A DNA stretch of 60,860 nt from Alphaproteobacteria bacterium (GCA_035626895.1 DASPMU010000060.1:1-60860), one strand, 5' to 3'; positions 1 through 9,063 are shown, numbered from the stretch's first letter. Notes: a model not told the origin generated them from the sequence alone. Program-made: numbers and translations.

Positions 1-1004
1 TCGGATATAACAGGAATGCAATTTTACCGACGATCGCATATCTTACCTCGTTAATAATTGTTCTTTTGCTATTTACAAAACCAATACTGAAGTTTCTTTC
101 CTGCTATAGCAGCCCAAGCAAGGGCGACATTAAAAAGAAACATCAAAAACATAGACTGACTTATTTTGACAAGAAGCTATTTTCTAAAATAACAAGGTTT
201 GCAATCCCTAGTACAATATCAAATATATCAGGAACAGTCATAGGATACATCGATACAATTGTTCTGATTTTCCTTGCTCCTCTTGCAACAGTTGGAATAT
301 ACAATGCTACAATTTCCACAATCTTGATTGTCAGCTATCTTGGCGGAGTAATATCGATAGTCCTTTTCCCGCTGATATCAGAGCTTCACACAAGAAAAGA
401 TAAAAAAAGCCTAGAGACAGTCGTAAATATAACATACAGGTATTCCTTGATGGTCGTTCTGCCTCTTGCAATAGCAATGCTTTTCTTCTCAAGGCTAATC
501 TTGAAGCTTCTTTTTGGAGCGGCATTCGAGATGGGAGCAACAGCAATGAGTGTTCTTGCAATTGGAACAATTTTCTTGACTATCTTCCAGGTAAATTCTT
601 CAGTAATTAACGGCATTGGAAAACCTAAAATATTAACTTATATAACAATAACTGCTGCAGCATTCAACCTTGCAGGAAACATCATATTAATCCCGTATCT
701 TGGAATAAATGGCGCCGCCCTAGCAACCACGACTAGTTATTTCATAATGATGCTGTGGTCACAGATATATTTATACAATAAAGTAAACATCAGATTCCAT
801 AAAATACTTCAGACATTTATATCAGCAGCAATTTTCTTTGCCGCCCTATATTTTGTCAAAATCCTCATAAACACAAACATACTTCTAGAAATAATCGCGA
901 CATGCATCATTGCAGGAATATTCTATGCAATATCACTGCTTGTTCTAAAGGCAATAACAATTGAAGAAATCAGATCATTATTTGGAAAGATAACAAAGAA
1001 ATAA
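1..1004 (+). CDS. Wzx/MOP-superfamily polysaccharide flippase, C-terminal part (5' end outside window)
   Basis: The frame of listed ORF 66..1004 is open from base 3 (GYNRNAILPTIAYLTS...), so the gene enters from the left edge. The product is a string of hydrophobic helices with a Polysacc_synt_C-like stretch AFNLAGNIILIPYLGINGAALATTTSYFIMMLW. Confidence 0.7.
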   Translation, partial: GYNRNAILPTIAYLTSLIIVLLLFTKPILKFLSCYSSPSKGDIKKKHQKHRLTYFDKKLFSKITRFAIPSTISNISGTVIGYIDTIVLIFLAPLATVGIYNATISTILIVSYLGGVISIVLFPLISELHTRKDKKSLETVVNITYRYSLMVVLPLAIAMLFFSRLILKLLFGAAFEMGATAMSVLAIGTIFLTIFQVNSSVINGIGKPKILTYITITAAAFNLAGNIILIPYLGINGAALATTTSYFIMMLWSQIYLYNKVNIRFHKILQTFISAAIFFAALYFVKILINTNILLEIIATCIIAGIFYAISLLVLKAITIEEIRSLFGKITKK

Positions 1005-1027
1005 GCCTTCTCTAGAATGTATCTAAA

Positions 1028-1122
1028 TTAATGCCGCCTAGCGAGTTCAGGAAATTATATGCCTTTGCGTCTAGACTCGTTTGCGAGCAGCGATTAAAGA
1101 ATCTGTACGAGCGCGGCATTAA
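1028..1122 (+). repeat. Copy 1 of a ~95-nt GC-rich structured repeat (candidate ncRNA or MITE-like element)
   Basis: Perfect 10-nt terminal complementarity TTAATGCCGC (1028-1037) / GCGGCATTAA (1113-1122). Core CCTTTGCGTCTAGACTCGT at 1062-1080 is shared with copies at 1166-1259(-), 14802-14890 and 41008-41109. It begins about 24 nt after the stop of the + strand flippase gene, in the same sense. Confidence 0.8.
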
Positions 1123-1165
1123 TTATTTAAGAAATTACAAGACTTGTTTCTAATTTCTCTTGTAT

Positions 1166-1259
1166 TGCCATCGGGCTCACACAACATGTAGTTTTCGATT
1201 CCCACCTACGAGTCTAGACGCAAAGGATTATTGTATCGAGGGTTCGCTAGCCGATGGCA
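1166..1259 (-). repeat. Copy 2 (inverted orientation) of the ~95-nt structured repeat
   Basis: On the + strand TGCCATCGG (1166-1174) pairs with CCGATGGCA (1251-1259). The reverse complement of 1205-1226 is CCTTTGCGTCTAGACTCGTAGG, the family core. The reverse-complement 5' part GCCATCGGCTAGCGAACCCTC nearly equals copy 4 (GCCATCTGCTAGCGAACCCTC). It lies about 30 nt past the stop of the minus-strand gene 1289..2410, in the same sense. Confidence 0.8.
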
Positions 1260-1288
1260 TAGCAGTCTATGACCTTAAAGCAGGATTT

Positions 1289-2410
1289 TTACAATATCTT
1301 CTTCTCGTAAAGCAAAGCCCTGATTGTTTCTTTGTCAAGTAGGGGGGCATTCTTTGAAGTGTAATCTCTTTGTTTTGCTAAGGTCTCTGAATTCTCTGAT
1401 CTATCTCTTGAGAGATGATTCTTCCCATAGTGTGCCTGTATAGAATTATACAATACAAATACATCTTCTTTCTCTAATGCATAGTTTGATTCTTCAGGAG
1501 TTAGTAATATCTCATCAGTCTTCTCTCCAGGCCTTGTTCCGATATATTCTATCTTGATGTCTTGTGGCTTAAAGCCATGCTTTGGAGCAAGCTCTTGTAT
1601 CATTACTTCTGCAAGATCAACTATCTTTAGAGCGTCCATCTTTAGAATAAATATTTCTCCTGACTCTGTCATCTGAGCGCTCTTTAGGACTAGTTTTACA
1701 GCGTCATCTATGCTCATGAAAAATCTAGTCATGTCTTTGTGAGTTACTGTTACAGGGCCGCCTTGGGCTATTTGTTTTTTGAATATCGGGATAATTGAGC
1801 CTACTGAATTTAGAACGTTTCCAAACCTTACGCAACAGAAATTACACTCGATAAGTCCTGGATTGTTAGTTATTAATTTCTCCATCATCAGCTTTGTTGC
1901 TCCAAGAGTGCTTATAGGATTTGCAGCCTTGTCAGTTGAAATCCCGACTAATACTTTGACATTATGATGTGTTGCAGCGTCAATTAAATTCTGCGTTCCG
2001 ATGATGTTTGTATTTACTGCCTCAAACGGATTATATTCGCAGAAAGGTACATGCTTCAATGCTGCTGCATGGAAGATTATGTCGCATCCTTCAACAGCTC
2101 TCATTACCCTGTTTCGGTCCCTTATATCTCCGACGAGATTTCGTATCTTATCTGATTGGACAGTCTGGTTGAAATTGAAATGTGCTGTCTCGCTGTTATC
2201 CAATATTCTTATTCTCTTAGGATTGAATGCCAAAAGCTGCCGAACTATTTCTGAGCCAATAGATCCGCATCCACCAGTCACTAAGATATCTTTTCCTTCA
2301 AAGAAATTTGAAACTGGAATAGTTGCATTATTAGCTGATACACTAACTGTATTATTCACAGTATTTTTTGTTTCTAAGTTAATCATATTTAAGTTACCCA
2401 TAATATACAC
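1289..2410 (-). CDS. CapD/PglF/WbpM-type NDP-HexNAc 4,6-dehydratase (extended SDR)
   Basis: Rossmann motif GKDILVTGGCGSIGSEI. CapD-family catalytic stretch STLGATKLMMEKL, with Leu at the position that is Tyr in PseB/FlaA1 and Met in PglF. First gene of the aminosugar block next to a DegT aminotransferase. Confidence 0.75.
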   Translation of the reverse strand: MYIMGNLNMINLETKNTVNNTVSVSANNATIPVSNFFEGKDILVTGGCGSIGSEIVRQLLAFNPKRIRILDNSETAHFNFNQTVQSDKIRNLVGDIRDRNRVMRAVEGCDIIFHAAALKHVPFCEYNPFEAVNTNIIGTQNLIDAATHHNVKVLVGISTDKAANPISTLGATKLMMEKLITNNPGLIECNFCCVRFGNVLNSVGSIIPIFKKQIAQGGPVTVTHKDMTRFFMSIDDAVKLVLKSAQMTESGEIFILKMDALKIVDLAEVMIQELAPKHGFKPQDIKIEYIGTRPGEKTDEILLTPEESNYALEKEDVFVLYNSIQAHYGKNHLSRDRSENSETLAKQRDYTSKNAPLLDKETIRALLYEKKIL

Positions 2411-2432
2411 CTTACTAAATTATTTTTAATTA

Positions 2433-3608
2433 TCAGACTATATATTCCTCGTCTTTATCAGTATTAGATTCTATTTTTGATTTTGATTTCATAAATTTAT
2501 TTTGGATGTCAGCGATATTTTTGCAAACATACTCTATATCTTCAATGCTCATATTTGTATGGAATGGAATTGCAAGAGTCGTCTTTGAAATTTTCTCGCA
2601 TACAGGATAATCCCCTTCCTTGAAACCCATTTCCTTGTAGAATTTCATCAAATGTATTGGAGAGAAATAAGGGGAGCATGCAATGCCTCTTGCGATCAAT
2701 TCTTTCATGAAATCTTCCCTGTTTCCATTTTCAATTTGAATTATGTAAACAAACCATGATACTTTATGTTTATCATCTGAAAATATAGGGATTTTAATTC
2801 CTGGAACATCTTTTAATCTTTTTGTATATTCTTCTGCGACTTTAGTTCTCATATCAAGGATTTTATCGATTTTCTTGAGCTGTGATATTCCAAGAGCGCA
2901 ATTTATATCGCTTAGCCTGTAATTGTATCCTATCCGAACATGAGTATGCCAGTCGCTTGTTATTCCTCTTCCCTGATTTCTGTAGCTCTTGCATAATTCA
3001 TAGATTTTTTCATTGTTAGTAACAAGCATTCCTCCTTCTCCTGTTGTCATTTGCTTGTTTGGATAAAATGCAAATATACCGCAATCTCCGAATGTTCCGA
3101 CTTGCCTGTTATTGTACAAGGCTCCGATTGCTTCAGCTGTATCTTCTATAACATGCAGATTATGTTTTTTTGCTATTGCAAGTATTTCATCTTTCTCGCA
3201 AGGTTTTCCAAAAATATCAACAGGAATTATCGCCTTTGTTTTTGGAGTGATTTTCTCTTCAATTTTTTTTGGATCAATGTTAAATGTTACTGGATCGATG
3301 TCTACAAATACTGGAGTTGCTCCCTCGAACAATACGCAGTTGCTTGACGCTACAAAACTGAACGGAACAACAATCACTTCATCTCCAGGACCTATGCCTA
3401 AGGCTTTTACAGCAAGATGGAGCGCGCTTGTTCCTGAATTCAATGCAACAGCATACTTTGTTCCGACGTATTCTGCAAATTTCTCCTCGAACTCGACAAG
3501 CTTTGGTCCAAGGCTTAATGTATTAGTCTTAAGGACTTCAACTACTGCATTGATGTCGTCCTCTCCAATGTATGGAGCTGATAGGTTGATTTTTCTAAAC
3601 TCACTCAT
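2433..3608 (-). CDS. DegT/DnrJ/EryC1-family PLP-dependent sugar aminotransferase (PglE/LegC/PseC-like)
   Basis: NSGTSALHLAVKALGIGPGDEVIV and the PLP-lysine context FAFYPNKQMTTGEGGM. 4-nt overlap with the upstream gene. Confidence 0.85.
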   Translation of the reverse strand: MSEFRKINLSAPYIGEDDINAVVEVLKTNTLSLGPKLVEFEEKFAEYVGTKYAVALNSGTSALHLAVKALGIGPGDEVIVVPFSFVASSNCVLFEGATPVFVDIDPVTFNIDPKKIEEKITPKTKAIIPVDIFGKPCEKDEILAIAKKHNLHVIEDTAEAIGALYNNRQVGTFGDCGIFAFYPNKQMTTGEGGMLVTNNEKIYELCKSYRNQGRGITSDWHTHVRIGYNYRLSDINCALGISQLKKIDKILDMRTKVAEEYTKRLKDVPGIKIPIFSDDKHKVSWFVYIIQIENGNREDFMKELIARGIACSPYFSPIHLMKFYKEMGFKEGDYPVCEKISKTTLAIPFHTNMSIEDIEYVCKNIADIQNKFMKSKSKIESNTDKDEEYIV

Positions 3609-6253
3609 TTTTTGTCCCTCTGATTAGTTATTTCATTAATTAGTTCATTTTGTAAATTTCTTGCGACTAGAAGATTATCAATTAACATTGCAACAGTCAT
3701 AGGCCCAACGCCGCCAGGAACAGGAGTTATGTAAGATGCTTTTTTTGATGCTTGCTCAAAATCTACATCCCCGACTATTTTTCCGCTGGATTCAGATGTA
3801 CCGGCGTCAATAACTACAGCGCCTTCTTTGACCATGCCCGAAGTTATTATATTAGGAATTCCGGCTGCAGATATCAATATATCAGCTTTGAGGCATTCTT
3901 CTTTCAAATTAGTAGTCTTGCTGTTGCAAACAACAGGATTAATTCCCCTGTTCTTTAGCATTACAGATAATGGTTTTCCAACGAGTTTTCCGTTTCCAAC
4001 AAGAACAACGTTCTTTCCTTTCATGTCAATATTATACGATTCTAAAATCTTAAGTATTCCTTTCGGGGTGCATGGAACAAGCTTTTCATTCCCTAGCTCC
4101 ATTTCCTGTATATTATAGTTAGTCAAGCTATCAACATCTTTTATAGGAATCACTGAATTAATTACTCTATCATAATCCACATTTTTAGGGAGAGGCAATT
4201 GCACGATTATTCCATTTATTGATTCATCGTCATTTAACTCAGCTATTTTAGAAACAATTTTCTCTTCATCTGCTTCAAGCCTCAATATTTCAAAGTCTAC
4301 GCCTATTGATTCACATTTCTTTGCCTTGCTCTTTATGTATGATTCTGAAACTGAATTCTCTCCTGCAAGAACTATTGCAAGCTTTAGTCTTATATTTTTT
4401 GATTTTATTTCATTGCCTACTTCATTTATTACTTTCTCTGCAAGCTTTTTGCCGTCAAGGATTATTGGATTTAGCGATTTTCCTGTAGAATTGATTATTT
4501 CAGAAGATTTGTGAAGTATTGCTTTATCGTAGCTGAATTCTTTTGATAGATCTATAACTTCGTTTCTTAAGTTATCTAAGTTTTCTTTCTTGATCAATGC
4601 CCTTGCCATGAACCGGGCAATTTTTTTCATCTCTTCTTCTTTCATGCCTCTTGTTGTCATTGCAGGAGTTCCTATCCTGATGCCGCTCGGATCAAGCGGA
4701 CTTCTTGGATCGTAAGGAATCATGTTTCTGTTGACTGTTATGTTTATTGAATCAAGTATTTCCTCTGCCTGTTTTCCTGTATAGCCAGTATTTGTCAAAT
4801 CGATGAGCATCAAATGATTATCTGAGCCATTAGTTACAACTTTGAATCCCTGAAGGATAAGTTCGTCAGCAAATGCTTTCGTATTCTTGACTATTTGAGA
4901 TGCATATTCCCTGAATTTGCTCGTGGAAGCTTCTTTTAGCGCGATTGCAATTCCTGCTGTCGTATTATTATGCGGTCCGCCCTGCATTCCAGGGAATACT
5001 GCCTTGTCAATCTTGTCAGCAAATTTCTGCTTGCACATAATCATTGCGCCTCTTGGGCCTCTTAATGTCTTATGAGTTGTTGTTGTTACAACATCAGTGA
5101 ATGGGAAAGGCGATGGATGGTTGCCAGTTGCTACAAGCCCTGAAATATGCGAGATGTCAGCTAGATGTATTGCCCCGACTTCCTCAGCTATCTCCTGGAA
5201 TTTCTTGAAATCAATAGTTCGCGGATATGCTGTTGCTCCCGAAACAATTATTGCAGGCTTTTCTTTCAATGCAATCTGCCTTATCTCCTCGTAATCAAGC
5301 TGCATCGTGTCTTTATTCACGCCGTAATTTACTATAGTATAATTTTTCCCTGAGAAATTTACCTTATGACCATGAGTCAAATGTCCTCCCTGAGCAAGGC
5401 TTAAAGATAAAATCTTATCGCCATTTTTTATCAATGCAGAATAAACCTCAATATTTGCAGGAGAGCCGGAATAAGGCTGCACGTTTGCATGCTCTGCGCC
5501 GAATAATTTCTTTGCGCGATCGATTGCAATATTTTCTATCTCATCGATATATTTATTTCCGCCGTAATATCTCTTTCCAGGATATCCTTCAGAATACTTA
5601 CTATTCAGAATTGATCCCAAAGCGCTAAGTACATCTGAGCTTGCATAATTTTCAGATGGGATAAGATTGATACTCTCATTTACTCTTTCGTTTTCTTTCT
5701 TTATCAAGTCGAAGATTTCTTTAGAAGCATTTTCTGAAATATTTTCTTTGCTTTTTTCGTGCTCTAGAGTTATTTCATCAATTCTCTTTATCAATTTAAC
5801 AGGAGAGCCAAAAGCTAGATATCCGTCAGGAATATCTTTGTTTACAAATGAATGCGCTCCAACTATTGCATTCTCTCCGATGTGAACTCCAGGCATTATC
5901 GTGCTGTGAGAGCCGACGCAGGAATTCTTTCCTATATGAACTTTTCCTGCAAAACCTTTTCCTGTCCTTGGATCAGGAATTGTGCTGATGCTGTAGATCA
6001 CGCAGTGGCTTCCTATCTGGACATTGTCCTCGATTTCAACGCCGTAATGCGCAAATATTGCAGTGTATGCTCCAATGTCGGTGTATTTTCCTAATTTGAA
6101 TTTATCAGGAGAGTATACTGTCCAGTTGTAGATTGTCGGCTTGCCATGGATTATTTCAGGCATCTTCCATTCTTTTCCAGCAGATTTGTCGAATCTTTTA
6201 TCTAAGTCGATATCCACAAGTTCATGTCCTGGTTTTTGATCCCTGTTTACCAT
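3605..6253 (-). CDS. Three-domain fusion: hexapeptide-repeat acyltransferase + serine hydroxymethyltransferase (GlyA-like) + methylene-THF dehydrogenase/cyclohydrolase (FolD-like)
   Basis: One uninterrupted 882-aa ORF. aa ~1-160 (nt 5774-6253): left-handed beta-helix repeats IGAYTAIFAHYGVEIEDNVQIGSHCVIY...IGKNSCVGSHSTIMPGVHIGENAIVGAHSFV. aa ~176-577 (nt 4523-5728): SHMT signatures INLIPSENYASSDVL, YPGKRYYGG, VVTTTTHKTLRGPRG. aa ~596-866 (nt 3656-4468): FolD signatures GIIVQLPLPKNVD, CTPKGI, VVLVGNGKLVGKP, ITPVPGGVGPMTVAML. Confidence 0.8.
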   Translation of the reverse strand: MVNRDQKPGHELVDIDLDKRFDKSAGKEWKMPEIIHGKPTIYNWTVYSPDKFKLGKYTDIGAYTAIFAHYGVEIEDNVQIGSHCVIYSISTIPDPRTGKGFAGKVHIGKNSCVGSHSTIMPGVHIGENAIVGAHSFVNKDIPDGYLAFGSPVKLIKRIDEITLEHEKSKENISENASKEIFDLIKKENERVNESINLIPSENYASSDVLSALGSILNSKYSEGYPGKRYYGGNKYIDEIENIAIDRAKKLFGAEHANVQPYSGSPANIEVYSALIKNGDKILSLSLAQGGHLTHGHKVNFSGKNYTIVNYGVNKDTMQLDYEEIRQIALKEKPAIIVSGATAYPRTIDFKKFQEIAEEVGAIHLADISHISGLVATGNHPSPFPFTDVVTTTTHKTLRGPRGAMIMCKQKFADKIDKAVFPGMQGGPHNNTTAGIAIALKEASTSKFREYASQIVKNTKAFADELILQGFKVVTNGSDNHLMLIDLTNTGYTGKQAEEILDSINITVNRNMIPYDPRSPLDPSGIRIGTPAMTTRGMKEEEMKKIARFMARALIKKENLDNLRNEVIDLSKEFSYDKAILHKSSEIINSTGKSLNPIILDGKKLAEKVINEVGNEIKSKNIRLKLAIVLAGENSVSESYIKSKAKKCESIGVDFEILRLEADEEKIVSKIAELNDDESINGIIVQLPLPKNVDYDRVINSVIPIKDVDSLTNYNIQEMELGNEKLVPCTPKGILKILESYNIDMKGKNVVLVGNGKLVGKPLSVMLKNRGINPVVCNSKTTNLKEECLKADILISAAGIPNIITSGMVKEGAVVIDAGTSESSGKIVGDVDFEQASKKASYITPVPGGVGPMTVAMLIDNLLVARNLQNELINEITNQRDKK

Positions 6254-6297
6254 TTTATTTGATTAATTTATTGTGATTAATTTTTTTATTTAATTAT

Positions 6298-7440
6298 TCA
6301 ATAAGAGTTAGTCTTATGCAATAATTTTTTATCTATGACAATGTCAGATAATATATTTGCGATTCTTTTTCCTGCCGTTCCATCACCATAAAGATTGACA
6401 GACTTCATGTTTTTCTTAAATTCATCCGATAAAGCTTTTTCTATTGCAAGCAATATTTGATTTCTATCGTGGCCTGCATCAATTACATTATCACTTCTAT
6501 CCCTGCCATTTTGCCTTATTCCAATATTTACAACAGGAATTTTAAATGATGCACTTTCAGTCATGCCGCTGCTTGAATTTCCTACGAGTACAGCTGCATA
6601 CTTCATAAGGCTCAGATATTCTTTATGTGAAAGATTGGTGTAGGATATTACATTATCAAGATCTTCATATTTTTTTATTTTTTCAATAATTGCCCGTCCG
6701 CCGCTATCAGAATTAGGATAAATAATTATTGCCTGCATTCCAAGAAGCTTGATTGCTTCAAGAGTTTCAGTTATTTGATTTACAGACTCGCTTGGCTGAG
6801 TAGATACCGGATGCTGCACTACAAGAAGGTATTTTTCTTCAAGTTTGGCATTTATGTTTGATTCTAATTCTTCTTTTGAAAATAATTCTTCGTTTAATAT
6901 CTCATCAATTGCTGGAGAACCTACATAATGGATACGCCAAAAATCTTCTCCCATTTTTTTTATTCTCTCTTCACTATAAGGAGTTGCAGGGAAATGAATA
7001 TGAGCAAATTTAGTTATTGCATGCCTTGCAGATTCATCAAGTCCTGCCATTGTCCTATCTCCTCCATGAAGATGAGCTACAGGAATATTTAGATATGACG
7101 CACTAATTGCTGCAGCAAGAGCTTCAGTTCTATCTCCAAGAATTAAAACTACATCAGGCTGCAATTTTATGAAAGCTTGAGATAACCCTTCAATTCCTTT
7201 TGCTATTGCAATATTCATGCCATGGCCAGTATCATCTTCAGAATCAGTTTTTACTGAATCATCGATCTTAAATCCATCCTTTATTATTTCCTGATAGCTG
7301 TTTCCATGCCTCTCTGAGAGATGCATTCCTGTAGCTATTATCTGCAATTGAAGATTTTCTGATTCCTTGATTGCTCTCATTACAGGCCTGAGTAATCCGT
7401 ACTCTGCTCTTGTTCCTGTAACCACGCATATTTTTCTCAT
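6298..7440 (-). CDS. Hydrolysing UDP-HexNAc 2-epimerase (NeuC/LegG-like)
   Basis: N-terminus MRKICVVTGTRAEYGLLRPVM and GDRTEALAAAISASYLNIPVAHLHGGD are typical of the NeuC branch of the 2-epimerase family. Confidence 0.75.
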   Translation of the reverse strand: MRKICVVTGTRAEYGLLRPVMRAIKESENLQLQIIATGMHLSERHGNSYQEIIKDGFKIDDSVKTDSEDDTGHGMNIAIAKGIEGLSQAFIKLQPDVVLILGDRTEALAAAISASYLNIPVAHLHGGDRTMAGLDESARHAITKFAHIHFPATPYSEERIKKMGEDFWRIHYVGSPAIDEILNEELFSKEELESNINAKLEEKYLLVVQHPVSTQPSESVNQITETLEAIKLLGMQAIIIYPNSDSGGRAIIEKIKKYEDLDNVISYTNLSHKEYLSLMKYAAVLVGNSSSGMTESASFKIPVVNIGIRQNGRDRSDNVIDAGHDRNQILLAIEKALSDEFKKNMKSVNLYGDGTAGKRIANILSDIVIDKKLLHKTNSY

Positions 7441-7465
7441 TTTGTATTACACTGCTTAAAATTAT

Positions 7466-8287
7466 TTAAGCAGTCTCCTCGTTCTTTTCCTGATAATATT
7501 GATATAATGATTCGACGTTCCAGATTTTTATTTCCTGTCCGTCGGAACCAATCACGTATGCCCCGGCATAAGGCTTCGACAATGCCCGCACTTTTAATGC
7601 AGCATGCTCTAAGGATTCTTTTGATGGATCGATTTGATTGTTTTTTAGCGATAGCTTAGGGAAGTATGTTGCTTGCGAATCGTCCTGCTTGATTCTTGGA
7701 GCAGCCTTTTTAATAACTGCTGGAAGATAATTCCTGATTAATATTCTTCCTGCATCAATTACTTTGTTGTAAACATCCTGCGCATAATCTTTTTTTCTGT
7801 CAATTGTAAATGCCTGCTGGCCGATTATATCGCCTGAATCGACGCCGTCTTCAGCATAAAACATTGTAAGGCCAGTTGAGTTGAAATTTTCATCAAGTAT
7901 TGAATTTATTATTGGAGCAGGCCCCCTGCCTTTTGGGAGAAGAGTTGGGTGAAATCCTACAACACCGTCTTTTGGCCATTCAAGTATTTTTTTATCGAGC
8001 ATCTGTCTCCAGCCGCACATTATTACAACATCCGGATTAATTGATGATATTTTGTCAAAATCATTGTTGATATTTGTAACAGCGTAGGTTCTTATGCCAT
8101 ATTTTTTTCCTATTTCCTGCCATTTATCAAGACTAACTCCGTCGTACATCACAGTCTTTGCATCTTCATCTAATGTCACGATTGAATCTATTGTAACTCC
8201 GATGCTCAAGGATTCCTGCAATAGTTCATAGCCAAGCTTGTTAGCTGAAAGCCATACTATTTTGTAATTTTGATTTGTATCGTTCAT
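7466..8287 (-). CDS. 10-formyl-THF-dependent formyltransferase (Fmt/ArnA-N-like; probable sugar N-formyltransferase)
   Basis: Formyl_trans_N core VVIMCGWRQML...GFHPTLLPKGRGPAPI...GVDSGDIIGQ followed by a Formyl_trans_C-like tail. Sits inside an aminosugar operon. Confidence 0.7.
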   Translation of the reverse strand: MNDTNQNYKIVWLSANKLGYELLQESLSIGVTIDSIVTLDEDAKTVMYDGVSLDKWQEIGKKYGIRTYAVTNINNDFDKISSINPDVVIMCGWRQMLDKKILEWPKDGVVGFHPTLLPKGRGPAPIINSILDENFNSTGLTMFYAEDGVDSGDIIGQQAFTIDRKKDYAQDVYNKVIDAGRILIRNYLPAVIKKAAPRIKQDDSQATYFPKLSLKNNQIDPSKESLEHAALKVRALSKPYAGAYVIGSDGQEIKIWNVESLYQYYQEKNEETA

Positions 8288-8331
8288 TTTATTTTGTATT
8301 ATTTATTTTATCTTATTATTTTAATTCAGAT

Positions 8332-9063
8332 TTAAATCCCATAATCCCTGAATACTATTAATCCTTCAGCGTACTCTACGCAAATATCCATCCCGTATTT
8401 TCTGGCCTGTATTTCAAGTCCTTTTGCGCTTCTTGGATGAGGATATTCTTTTACTTCAGTGTCATAGCATAAGAATGCCCGGATTTTTTTATCGACATGA
8501 GATTTTTCAAGAGGAATATATTTTGTCGGCTTGAATCCGATTACTCCCCATTCTGTTTCTGAGACAGTGTCAAAACAGTATACCTTGATTTTCTTTTCCG
8601 CCTGGGGACGTGTTGCAACATTTACAGCCTCAAACACCAAGACGTGATCTTTATTTACATCGCCCCAATAATGAGTGTAGATTATGTCAGGATTAATTTT
8701 TGCTACGACCTGAGCAACTGCATTGTTCAATTCTCCATGAGCAAGAGTGTTCAACTTTACAGTAGGAAAACCAAGTTCAGCTCTTGAATTTATTTCCAAG
8801 ATTTTGTCAACATTTGCAGCGCATACTTTTTTCTTCTGAATATATTCTTCAGTCCATGGAGGAACAGTAGGCTTTGTTACAATGCAAATATGAACTTCGT
8901 GGCCTGCTTGTTTGTGCCTTGCAATTGTTCCGCCAATTCCAAGGACTTCGTCATCAGGATGCGCAGCTACAACTAAGACTTTTAATTTTCTGTCTGAAGC
9001 AGAAAATTGTCCATCGTTTAGAATCTTGATATCTCCATTGATCATATTATTTTCCCAATTCAT
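8332..9063 (-). CDS. PIG-L/LmbE-family N-acetyl-sugar deacetylase
   Basis: Family signature VLVVAAHPDDEVLGIGGTIARH near the N-terminus. 4-nt overlap with the upstream cytidylyltransferase gene. Confidence 0.75.
   Translation of the reverse strand: MNWENNMINGDIKILNDGQFSASDRKLKVLVVAAHPDDEVLGIGGTIARHKQAGHEVHICIVTKPTVPPWTEEYIQKKKVCAANVDKILEINSRAELGFPTVKLNTLAHGELNNAVAQVVAKINPDIIYTHYWGDVNKDHVLVFEAVNVATRPQAEKKIKVYCFDTVSETEWGVIGFKPTKYIPLEKSHVDKKIRAFLCYDTEVKEYPHPRSAKGLEIQARKYGMDICVEYAEGLIVFRDYGI

Noticed and set aside
1028-1259. Reading the repeat family as tRNA, split-tRNA halves, C/D-box sRNA or BHB-flanked processing stems
   Set aside because: The 7-9 bp terminal helix and a GGTTCG-like stretch in copy 2 looked tRNA-like. 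No copy folds into D, anticodon and T arms at the right spacing. There is no RUGAUGA C box paired with a terminal CUGA D box. The bulges are not the 3-nt/4-bp/3-nt BHB arrangement.
1160-1342. 60-aa + strand ORF between the flippase and the dehydratase genes
   Set aside because: It is laid over repeat copy 2 and the 3' end of the minus-strand gene. It has no start context and its composition is dictated by the repeat. I treat it as spurious.
3112-3627. Long antisense ORFs inside confident genes (also 2001..2429, 14279..14770, 29487..29861, 36903..37298, 38097..38501, 44077..44544, 58887..59372)
   Set aside because: Each lies wholly opposite a gene with strong family signatures. The translations are low-complexity or Ser/Leu/Phe-rich with no recognisable motifs. 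This is typical shadow-ORF behaviour.
7466-8287. Formyltransferase as Met-tRNA formyltransferase or PurN
   Set aside because: Archaea do not use formyl-Met initiation. There are no purine genes nearby. The gene is embedded between a sugar 2-epimerase and a sugar deacetylase. This remains unproven without phylogeny.
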